Source: a virus
Strand: one strand, 5' to 3'
IMG/VR virus record: IMGVR_UViG_3300033616_000003
DNA: 35,824 bases
Part shown: positions 21,634 through 28,457 of the stretch, piece after piece
Layout: each line of letters opens with the position of its first letter
Position numbering within the stretch: the first letter of the stretch is position 1
The notes under the pieces: model-generated
Told to the model about the DNA's origin: nothing
The model's database searches: none
The model's input: only the letters and a program-made list of their open reading frames with translations
Program-made: the position numbers and the translations under genes

Positions 21634-22098
21634 TTATTTTAATAGTTTTCTATCCAACTCATTACAACACTTTCTAACCAACTTTTTAATCTGCTTGTAA
21701 TCCTCTCTACCACCCTTAAAATCCTTAGCTAACTCTATACATTTATCCTCTAATTCATCTGGATATTCAAAGTAAAACTTTAACTCTCTTTGCTGTTGTC
21801 TATTTAAGCCGTCTAATAGCCTTTTAATTGCCTTTTTAGCTTTCAGTAGGTGTTTATACCTTCGTTCAGCGTGAAGCCTTAAATCGGCTATCATAATTGC
21901 TATATCTCCAGTTTCATTATAACTTGTATTTTGCTGCATGTAGATAGATTCATAATCTATTGCTTTAGATGTGTTATAAGTTTCTTCAGAATAACCAGTT
22001 TTCCATTTACTTTTATACATTCTTATTAACCTGTCTAATTGATTAGAATAATATAATTTTAATATTTTTTCTGGGTAAAATTCATCGACTACATTCAT
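21634..22098 (-). CDS. hypothetical protein, possibly sigma region-4-like
   Basis: 154 aa. LNRQQQRELKFYF is weakly reminiscent of sigma region 4 / RinA-type proteins. Confidence 0.35.
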   Translation of the reverse strand: MNVVDEFYPEKILKLYYSNQLDRLIRMYKSKWKTGYSEETYNTSKAIDYESIYMQQNTSYNETGDIAIMIADLRLHAERRYKHLLKAKKAIKRLLDGLNRQQQRELKFYFEYPDELEDKCIELAKDFKGGREDYKQIKKLVRKCCNELDRKLLK

Positions 22099-22516
22099 TT
22101 ACATCACCTAACAATTCTGGATTTTCATATTTATTGCCAATCACTTCTAACTCTGCATATGATATTGTTGTATAATTATAAAGAGATTTACCTTTCCCAC
22201 CGCTACAGGACCAATGATAATTTTCAAAACTAATCTCAGCATAAAAAGGTTCTTGGTTATACATATATTTTGGGGCTATAAATTTATTTATATCTATTTT
22301 AACTATATCCCCTTCATATATCCCTTTGCCATTTTTATCTTTTAAACCTGTGTATTGTAACAGTTCTACGTTTTTACTTATTCCCAATTCTTTTATATAA
22401 TCATTATCTATATAGATTTGACCATATTTTATAGAAAAATTTAAATCTATTTTATGCCACATTTTTTTATTATCTTTATCCCACACCCTAAATTTAATTT
22501 CTCTCATTATTTTCAC
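22082..22516 (-). CDS. YopX-family protein
   Basis: IKFRVWDKDNKKMW ... LLQYTGLKDKNGKGIYEGDIV is the classic YopX signature. The true start is probably ATG 22507. Confidence 0.75.
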   Translation of the reverse strand: MKIMREIKFRVWDKDNKKMWHKIDLNFSIKYGQIYIDNDYIKELGISKNVELLQYTGLKDKNGKGIYEGDIVKIDINKFIAPKYMYNQEPFYAEISFENYHWSCSGGKGKSLYNYTTISYAELEVIGNKYENPELLGDVNECSR

Positions 22517-22576
22517 ACTCCCATTTAATTAACCATCTAGCTGCTACTTTACTAGTATATCCAGCTACTGTATATC

Positions 22577-22726
22577 TCATACTTTCATCACCCTTATCTG
22601 CTCATAATAATCATAAAATTTAGATTCTATTTCCTCTATTCTGTGTTGATCGTCAACTACACACTTTACAAATTTTCGTGGTTTCTTAAGTAAATCGCAA
22701 GTTTGCTGAATAGAAAGGTGAGCCAT
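22577..22726 (-). CDS. small hypothetical protein (49 aa, not in the ORF track)
   Basis: My translation is MAHLSIQQTCDLLKKPRKFVKCVVDDQHRIEEIESKFYDYYEQIRVMKV. It has a TAATG overlap with the upstream gene. Confidence 0.4.
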   Translation of the reverse strand: MAHLSIQQTCDLLKKPRKFVKCVVDDQHRIEEIESKFYDYYEQIRVMKV

Positions 22727-23463
22727 TAACCCACCTCCTCATTTAACTTTTCTAGTAATTCTTTGGCTTGTTCTTTTGATAATCTAGCAATATCTTTACC
22801 GCTGTGATAACCATTTTTCTTAAGAAAGTCAATTATAATTTGTTTCCCTTTTTCATTTTCAACCCATTCTCTAATTGATGCTATCTGTTTTTTAGTAGCT
22901 TTTTCATCCTTCTTATTACTTCCGGATGAGTTATTATTTTTAGGTTGTTGAATATAACCATTCATTTTATATCTTTCATTTCCATCTTGATCTACGATAA
23001 CTAATTGTGATATTTCATCATCATTGTTATACTCAATTTCTTTAACACTAAACTTAACTTTACTTTTTAGTCTACCTTTATTATCTATTTCATCGCTATT
23101 TAAGTTAACCCAGATAAAAGGTGAAGTATATAGTTCTCTACCTATACCAACATTGGTGCAAGCTCTTTTAAAGCTGTCAGAAGCCTGTCCTTTTTCCTTC
23201 TCTGTCCTACTCTCTGTACCAACATCCTCTTTAGTTACCCATTGTTCTTTTTCGTCATCCCAGACACTAACTTGACAAAATAAACTGCCATTAATTAATT
23301 TATGTTCCCGTTGCCAATTCATCGGGCCAAAAGTTTCATCTAATATTTTCATATCAGCTCTAGCATCTTTATACAATAACATTATAGCACCTTTGCTGCG
23401 TTGGATAATTTGTTGTGGTCTGGTTTCAATCTCATTAGCTTTTAACTTTCTAATCTCCTTCAT
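22726..23463 (-). CDS. Rad52/Sak-like single-strand annealing protein
   Basis: MKILDETFGPMNWQREH ... GQASDSFKRACTNVGIGRELY matches the Rad52/22 family core. Confidence 0.7.
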   Translation of the reverse strand: MKEIRKLKANEIETRPQQIIQRSKGAIMLLYKDARADMKILDETFGPMNWQREHKLINGSLFCQVSVWDDEKEQWVTKEDVGTESRTEKEKGQASDSFKRACTNVGIGRELYTSPFIWVNLNSDEIDNKGRLKSKVKFSVKEIEYNNDDEISQLVIVDQDGNERYKMNGYIQQPKNNNSSGSNKKDEKATKKQIASIREWVENEKGKQIIIDFLKKNGYHSGKDIARLSKEQAKELLEKLNEEVG

Positions 23464-23464
23464 T

Positions 23465-23623
23465 TTATCTATCCCCTTTCAATTTGTGTTCTAAATTCAT
23501 CCTAAGCCAACTTCTGAAAAAATCATCATCTTTCAAAAATAAGTAAATTAAATTTTCAACTTGTCGCTCATTCATTCCATAATCATAAGCTAACTCTGAT
23601 AAGATTAATTGCTTGTTATTCAT
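23465..23623 (-). CDS. small hypothetical protein (52 aa, not in the ORF track)
   Basis: My translation is MNNKQLILSELAYDYGMNERQVENLIYLFLKDDDFFRSWLRMNLEHKLKGDR. It has an ATGA overlap with the upstream gene. Confidence 0.45.
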   Translation of the reverse strand: MNNKQLILSELAYDYGMNERQVENLIYLFLKDDDFFRSWLRMNLEHKLKGDR

Positions 23624-23826
23624 CGCAAATCATCCATCTTTAATTTTCTAGGCTCTAAATCATTAAATAAAAATTCTAATCCATTAACTGTACACAAGCT
23701 ATCCCATATTATTGCTTCTGCTACTTCTTCACATATGTGGTACCTTTTCATTAATGCGTCAACAACACCTTCTTTATTAACTTCCTTGTCAGCTATTTCT
23801 AATTCAAACTTTTCTACACCTTTCAT
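23620..23826 (-). CDS. small hypothetical protein
   Basis: 68-aa ORF behind taggaggga. It is the first gene after the promoter at 23853-23881. Confidence 0.5.
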   Translation of the reverse strand: MKGVEKFELEIADKEVNKEGVVDALMKRYHICEEVAEAIIWDSLCTVNGLEFLFNDLEPRKLKMDDLR

Positions 23827-23852
23827 TTTATCCCTCCTAATATGTTAATACC

Positions 23853-23881
23853 ATTATATCAGTTTAATTTTACTTTGTCAA
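23853..23881 (-). promoter_or_regulatory. consensus sigma-A promoter, TTGACA-17-TGaTATAAT
   Basis: The -35 is at 23876-23881 and overlaps the stop codon of the exonuclease gene. The -10 is at 23853-23858. Confidence 0.65.
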
Positions 23882-24531
23882 CTTTTTCTTTTTAACTTTT
23901 TCTTTAATTCATACACTTCACGCAAATGTTTAAATAACTCAAATTCAGTTTCTAGATTATTTTGCTTCCTAACCTCAAACCCTTCATCATCTGTTCTTCC
24001 TATTCTTAAGATCATAACTTGCTCAACTTCATAATTATTTTCTTCTAATAAGTTTTTATAAGCACCAAGTTGAATGAAATGAGTGTCATAAATAGCTTTA
24101 GAAGTCTTTAAATCAATGAGTGTGTACTTTCCATTAAGTTTAGCATATAAATCGACTGTACCACCGTATTTGTACTTCTTAGAGGACATTCCTTCTTCTA
24201 CAAGTATAGGTTCTAACTCATTCTCATCTACCCAATCCCAAAACTTGATTAATGCGTTTTCAGCTGCGTTAATTTCTTCTGGACTAAAAGGTTCTAAGTC
24301 TGGTTCTTCATCTTTCAACTCACACTCAACCATATAATGGCCAAGTGTTCCAATTTGTGCTGTCTTGTCGACATACTTTTCTACATCAATACCTTTCATT
24401 CCCATCTGCCAGTACCACTTTTTTAAACCGTAACCTTTGTCCATTACACCTAATATAGTTGTAGTTCCCGGCACTCTTTTGCCATCTACATAATATCTAG
24501 TATGTGCTTTAAGATTTTTATATTTTTCCAT
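23878..24531 (-). CDS. PD-(D/E)XK (RecB/lambda-exo-like) exonuclease
   Basis: GTVDLYAK ... LIDLKTSK ... QLGAYK gives the D, D/ExK and QxxxY motifs. I set the start at ATG 24531, behind gaagg. Confidence 0.65.
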   Translation of the reverse strand: MEKYKNLKAHTRYYVDGKRVPGTTTILGVMDKGYGLKKWYWQMGMKGIDVEKYVDKTAQIGTLGHYMVECELKDEEPDLEPFSPEEINAAENALIKFWDWVDENELEPILVEEGMSSKKYKYGGTVDLYAKLNGKYTLIDLKTSKAIYDTHFIQLGAYKNLLEENNYEVEQVMILRIGRTDDEGFEVRKQNNLETEFELFKHLREVYELKKKLKRKS

Positions 24532-24721
24532 TAATATCACCCTTCACTTTTTTGAAATTATAAGAATTATATTTGCCTTCAATTCCCGCAAATTCTAAAT
24601 AAATATTTTCCCCATTATAATAAATATTTTCAATTTGCAATATATCGCCCATATTAATATTATCAAAGATATTAACCATTACTTTTACATAATCTCCAGG
24701 CCTAATTTTATCTTTTTCCAT
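24518..24721 (-). CDS. small hypothetical protein
   Basis: 67-aa ORF with RBS taggaggt upstream. Confidence 0.5.
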   Translation of the reverse strand: MEKDKIRPGDYVKVMVNIFDNINMGDILQIENIYYNGENIYLEFAGIEGKYNSYNFKKVKGDINGKI

Positions 24722-24735
24722 CTTTTAACCTCCTA

Positions 24736-24921
24736 TTATTTATATAATAAATAACTTTTATTTACATGATTGGCTGTTATTTTTATATCTTTATGATATT
24801 TATCAAGATAACTTATTAAATTATTGTATTCTTCGTTAGTTTTAGCATTAACCATTATTTGATTATTTAATTCTGTAAAATCATACTTATATTTATTCAG
24901 CCACTTTTTTATATTTTCCAT
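24736..24921 (-). CDS. small hypothetical protein
   Basis: 61-aa ORF with RBS aaggagggtg upstream. Confidence 0.5.
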   Translation of the reverse strand: MENIKKWLNKYKYDFTELNNQIMVNAKTNEEYNNLISYLDKYHKDIKITANHVNKSYLLYK

Positions 24922-24977
24922 CTTTCACCCTCCTTTTATTATTCTCATCAAATTGATATATACTGCCATCTGGAAAT

Positions 24978-25316
24978 CTAATTTGTGCTATTTTCAATTT
25001 GCTTAACCTCCTCAATTTGTAATCCGGTCCACTCGTCTGGCAAATAATTTTTAGCTATCTCAAATGGATTTTCATTAGTTTGGAAATAAAACACTTCCTG
25101 CTTAAAGCTACTTGTGTATATTGCCCTGTAAAGCTTTCTATTAGCCTTATATTCAGTTTTAAATTGTTCAGTAGCTTCCTGTACCTTTAAGTTAACTTGT
25201 GCCTTTATTTGTGCGTTTATATTAGTCTGTAACTTGTTATATAATTCTACACCTGTGCCAATTGATAATCCTACAATTAAAAATATTAGTAATAAACTAA
25301 TCAGATTTCTTTTCAT
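24978..25316 (-). CDS. membrane-anchored or secreted protein (N-terminal TM/signal anchor)
   Basis: The N-terminus is MKRNLISLLLIFLIVGLSIGTGV. Confidence 0.5.
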   Translation of the reverse strand: MKRNLISLLLIFLIVGLSIGTGVELYNKLQTNINAQIKAQVNLKVQEATEQFKTEYKANRKLYRAIYTSSFKQEVFYFQTNENPFEIAKNYLPDEWTGLQIEEVKQIENSTN

Positions 25317-25434
25317 TTTTATTCTCCTTTAAACTATCTTTCCATGCTTTCCATTGACGCCACATTTCATAGTCTTTCTTTTGTTCTCTTAATTCTTTAT
25401 CATGTAACCAATCTAAGTTGCTGTGTGGTATCAT
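25297..25434 (-). CDS. small Trp-rich basic protein (45 aa)
   Basis: I set the start at ATG 25434, behind taggaggt. The sequence is MIPHSNLDWLHDKELREQKKDYEMWRQWKAWKDSLKENKNEKKSD. Confidence 0.45.
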   Translation of the reverse strand: MIPHSNLDWLHDKELREQKKDYEMWRQWKAWKDSLKENKNEKKSD

Positions 25435-25436
25435 AA

Positions 25437-25679
25437 TTAACCTCCTAATGCTATTATAATTAATGATAATGTTATCCATATCCCAACAACTGTTAATCCT
25501 GCTTTGAGCAATAATTTAATATTTAATAATTCTTTTAACATTTCTTCCACTTCCTTTCTATATAATTCTTTTTCTAATAATTCAGCAACTAATTTATTTC
25601 TGCTAATATTCTTCTCATCTACATAATCCTCTAATCGCTTAACTAAGTCATTTGGTAAAGTTATGTTAATCTGAAACAT
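25437..25679 (-). CDS. ribbon-helix-helix (CopG/Arc-like) protein with a C-terminal transmembrane helix
   Basis: INITLPNDLVKRLEDYVDEKNISRNKLVAELLEKEL fits a beta-alpha-alpha RHH pattern. The C-terminus GLTVVGIWITLSLIIIALGG is hydrophobic. Confidence 0.5.
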   Translation of the reverse strand: MFQINITLPNDLVKRLEDYVDEKNISRNKLVAELLEKELYRKEVEEMLKELLNIKLLLKAGLTVVGIWITLSLIIIALGG

Positions 25680-26041
25680 TACATCACCTCCTTTAATTTA
25701 TAATTGATAGCATCTACACTTTTATATTTAGCCAAAATGTTTTCTATATCTTTATTGTTAATATCCCAGTTAATTGCTGACCAACCTTCATTTAGATATG
25801 TTGCTATTCTGTATGCTAAAACCATTGGTGTAACATTAAAATTAAAATGAGTGTGTGGAATTGAAATACTTTTACCATTCATTAAGCTTACATTAGTTTC
25901 GCCACCATTGTCGCTTAACATATACCACTTATCGTTAACTTTAATTAAGTGTGATCCATCTACCGTTTCATTACTTTCCTGCACTTCTACGAAATACCTT
26001 AAATCCTTAACAACTGCTGAATAATTATTAATTTTAATCAT
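25679..26041 (-). CDS. hypothetical protein
   Basis: 120-aa ORF. It is the second gene of the early operon. Confidence 0.5.
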   Translation of the reverse strand: MIKINNYSAVVKDLRYFVEVQESNETVDGSHLIKVNDKWYMLSDNGGETNVSLMNGKSISIPHTHFNFNVTPMVLAYRIATYLNEGWSAINWDINNKDIENILAKYKSVDAINYKLKEVM

Positions 26042-26056
26042 TTTATTTCCCCCTTT

Positions 26057-26371
26057 TTATAATGATTTTATTTTATTATAGAAATATTCATCATCTTCAT
26101 CAAATTTGTCAATCGTGCCATTATCTATTTCATTATCTATCAATTGATTAAATTTATTGGAATCTATTATTAGAAATTCAATTTCATTTTCTCTGCCAGC
26201 TTCTACAAATAATTCATATCTGTGATTGCCATCTAATATCCAACCATCTTCATCTATAATTACTGGATAATTGCTATTAAAACCTTGTTCTAATATTTCT
26301 TGTGATGCTTTGTAATCACTATTCATGTTAGGATCTAATTTAATTTCAACATCTAATTCTTTAAGTTTCAT
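26057..26371 (-). CDS. ParB N-terminal-domain-like (ParB/Srx nuclease-like) protein
   Basis: PVIIDEDGWILDGNHRY resembles the ParB-N/sulfiredoxin DGxHR motif. I set the start at ATG 26371, behind gaggggga. The track start at 26389 lies too near the predicted transcription start. Confidence 0.55.
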   Translation of the reverse strand: MKLKELDVEIKLDPNMNSDYKASQEILEQGFNSNYPVIIDEDGWILDGNHRYELFVEAGRENEIEFLIIDSNKFNQLIDNEIDNGTIDKFDEDDEYFYNKIKSL

Positions 26372-26403
26372 TTTTGTTCCCCCTCTCATTACCTTGTAAT
26401 ACC

Positions 26404-26432
26404 ATTATACATGATAAATTAGTGTTTGTCAA
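26404..26432 (-). promoter_or_regulatory. perfect consensus sigma-A promoter TTGACA-17-TATAAT (early promoter)
   Basis: The -35 is at 26427-26432 and the -10 at 26404-26409 on the minus strand, directly downstream of the terminator. Confidence 0.7.
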
Positions 26433-26442
26433 GTAAATATGT

Positions 26443-26483
26443 AAATAAAAATAAAAATCCCTACCAGCTATTAACCAGTAGGG
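26443..26483 (-). terminator. Rho-independent terminator ending the late/lysis transcription unit
   Basis: The minus-strand RNA CCCUACUGG-UUAAUAG-CUGGUAGGG forms a hairpin with a CCCUAC/GUAGGG core and inner G:U pairs, followed by AUUUUUAUUUUUAUUU. Confidence 0.75.
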
Positions 26484-26498
26484 AGGAGGGATAACTAT

Positions 26499-26867
26499 TT
26501 ATTTTTGTTCATTTTTGCTTTGTAATTCTTTTCCTAATTGTTCTAATATTGTTCCGATCACAGGCTCAAACTCTTCACCTGGTATCTGCTTCTTAACCTC
26601 ATCAGCAATTCTTTTCCATAGTCTGCCGTCAATGTCTGTGTCCTCAATAATAATCTTAATCACCTGTAAAATAATTTCATTCATAAAATTTTCATCTCCT
26701 TTTTTAAATATGCTTATTATTAAATTTGTCAACCACATCGGAATTTCATCCCTATCCAACTCATCACCATACTTATCCAACATCTCATTAGCCTTTGCAA
26801 TATTTTCATCAATTGCAGGCTGTTCTGGGGTTAGGTCATCACCTCTACTTATAGACAGCCCATTCAT
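26499..26867 (-). CDS. acidic hypothetical protein, last gene before the terminator
   Basis: 122 aa and D/E-rich. It has an ATGA overlap with the upstream holin-like gene. Confidence 0.5.
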   Translation of the reverse strand: MNGLSISRGDDLTPEQPAIDENIAKANEMLDKYGDELDRDEIPMWLTNLIISIFKKGDENFMNEIILQVIKIIIEDTDIDGRLWKRIADEVKKQIPGEEFEPVIGTILEQLGKELQSKNEQK

Positions 26868-27052
26868 TTTCCCAACTTTTTCACAGCATCACCACCGATA
26901 ATTACCACCGCCAGCATTTCAAAAGTTTCAACAGGAATAACATTAAATATTAATAATATGGTTATATAAATTAAAAATGTTAATGCTTCCTGTATTTTAT
27001 TACTTTCAAAAAATGATAACCAATCATTGAAATGTTTTTTAATCCATTTCAT
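26864..27052 (-). CDS. putative holin (small protein with 1-2 TM helices)
   Basis: It has hydrophobic segments ALTFLIYITILLIFNVIPV and MLAVVIIGG and a charged C-terminus. It lies adjacent to the endolysin. Confidence 0.55.
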   Translation of the reverse strand: MKWIKKHFNDWLSFFESNKIQEALTFLIYITILLIFNVIPVETFEMLAVVIIGGDAVKKLGK

Positions 27053-27426
27053 GTTCTATTATCCCAATTTGCAAAATTTTCCCTTACATCAAGATGGATA
27101 AAGCTATTATACAATCCAACGCCTGTAAAGCCTATTTGCCTTGCTATACGTTTAATTTCCTCAATTTGAAGGGGGATAGTGTGTAATGATATGTCAGCTG
27201 CTTTACCATATAGATGTTGACTGTTATCAGCACCTCCTACTTGCTTATTTCTTTCTGGACAACGATAAGCTGAATTAATTATAAGTGGCACATTAAGTCT
27301 ATCTCGCAACAATTGCAACTTTTCAACTAACTCATCATCAACTCTAACGTGCCTGTGATTAGGATGAGTGCACTCAAATTCACTCAAATTGAAATTTTTG
27401 CTTATTTGGAAATTATTGATTGACAT
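27049..27426 (-). CDS. endolysin, peptidase M15 (D-Ala-D-Ala carboxypeptidase-like), single domain
   Basis: SAYRCPERNKQVGGADNSQHLYGKAADI ... IHLD matches the zinc-ligand pattern of the M15 family. It is only 125 aa, with no wall-binding domain. Confidence 0.75.
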   Translation of the reverse strand: MSINNFQISKNFNLSEFECTHPNHRHVRVDDELVEKLQLLRDRLNVPLIINSAYRCPERNKQVGGADNSQHLYGKAADISLHTIPLQIEEIKRIARQIGFTGVGLYNSFIHLDVRENFANWDNRT

Positions 27427-27430
27427 TCAA

Positions 27431-27658
27431 TCACCCTCTTTCATCCTCAGCTAATTTTTCCAATGCATCAAGCCTATCGTGTGCCTTATCAGCACTGTTT
27501 TCTACGTGATACATTCGCTCAATTAATCTATTGTGCTTGTCCTGTTTATCTTCAATATAGCTTAATTTTGTCCAGACTATTCCTGCAAAAAATGCTAAGA
27601 ATATTGCTTGAAATCCTATCTGTAACCAAAATTCTGTTGAGAAGTCCAAAATTATCAC
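27431..27658 (-). CDS. membrane protein of the lysis cassette (N-terminal TM plus coiled coil)
   Basis: WLQIGFQAIFLAFFAGIVW is followed by charged helical sequence. The role (holin, antiholin or spanin-like) is unresolved. Confidence 0.45.
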   Translation of the reverse strand: MIILDFSTEFWLQIGFQAIFLAFFAGIVWTKLSYIEDKQDKHNRLIERMYHVENSADKAHDRLDALEKLAEDERG

Positions 27659-27679
27659 CTTTCCACTACTGTTTTATAT

Positions 27680-28186
27680 TTATGCTGTTCTTACCCACAT
27701 ATACACTGTGATGTATGGTTGAAGATTATTATGGGGTTGATCGCCACCAGTTGAGCCGGTTGTTTTATCAGTTGTATACCTCCCATAACTCTCCCCAGAA
27801 CTAATATTATAATTATTACCACTTTGACTTATATAAGATAAATAAATATCTGTATAAGGGTGATTATGACTAGGCATTTCAGCTTCAGTTAATTGATGCT
27901 CTTTCTCCCCACCAGTTTCTCCAGCTGTATCAAAATCAGCGTCTGTGCTGTCTTGGCTAACTAATACTTTCCCTTGCCCAAATCTTTGCCAGGTGCCAAA
28001 CCCTAATAATGTTGCTGGATTTGTATTTGTATTAGCATTAATATATATACTACCTACTGGCCACATACTTCCAGTTTTAATATTAGTTATATCATTCTCA
28101 TTAGTATCAATTTGCCCATCCATTTTGTCTAAATTTGTTGCGTTAACAGGAGTTGATTCTGTCCAACCAATTGGAGTGTATGCCAT
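27680..28186 (-). CDS. tail fibre protein with a phage tail-collar domain
   Basis: The N-terminus MAYTPIGWTESTPVNATNLDKMDGQI is a typical fibre N-terminus. GGEKEHQLTEAEMPSHNH matches the collar-domain motif. Confidence 0.7.
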   Translation of the reverse strand: MAYTPIGWTESTPVNATNLDKMDGQIDTNENDITNIKTGSMWPVGSIYINANTNTNPATLLGFGTWQRFGQGKVLVSQDSTDADFDTAGETGGEKEHQLTEAEMPSHNHPYTDIYLSYISQSGNNYNISSGESYGRYTTDKTTGSTGGDQPHNNLQPYITVYMWVRTA

Positions 28187-28443
28187 TATACCACCTCAAA
28201 TTCGCTTTTTAATGTTTGATACATTGCCCGTCTAATTTTAACCTCATCTGGAAAATTAAATTTCCACTTAACCTCTGCATTTTCAAAAACTATTTCTGTG
28301 CCTGTATCAACCTCCATTAGTATCATTGGAGTTGTATCAGTTGTTGCGTCAGCATTATATTCTGTTACATACTGGCTAACCTCTGTGCCATCAATTGTTA
28401 TACTTCTTGTTGCTCCACCATCTTGTATTCTAACAGTTGCCAT
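28186..28443 (-). CDS. small tail-associated protein
   Basis: 85-aa ORF between the tail-tip and fibre genes. Confidence 0.45.
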   Translation of the reverse strand: MATVRIQDGGATRSITIDGTEVSQYVTEYNADATTDTTPMILMEVDTGTEIVFENAEVKWKFNFPDEVKIRRAMYQTLKSEFEVV

Positions 28444-28457
28444 CTAATCACCTTCCT

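Noticed and set aside
23878-24531. Calling the PD-(D/E)XK exonuclease Cas4
   Set aside because: It lacks the N- and C-terminal four-Cys Fe-S cluster signature of Cas4. It sits beside a Rad52-like annealase, as in ordinary phage recombination modules.
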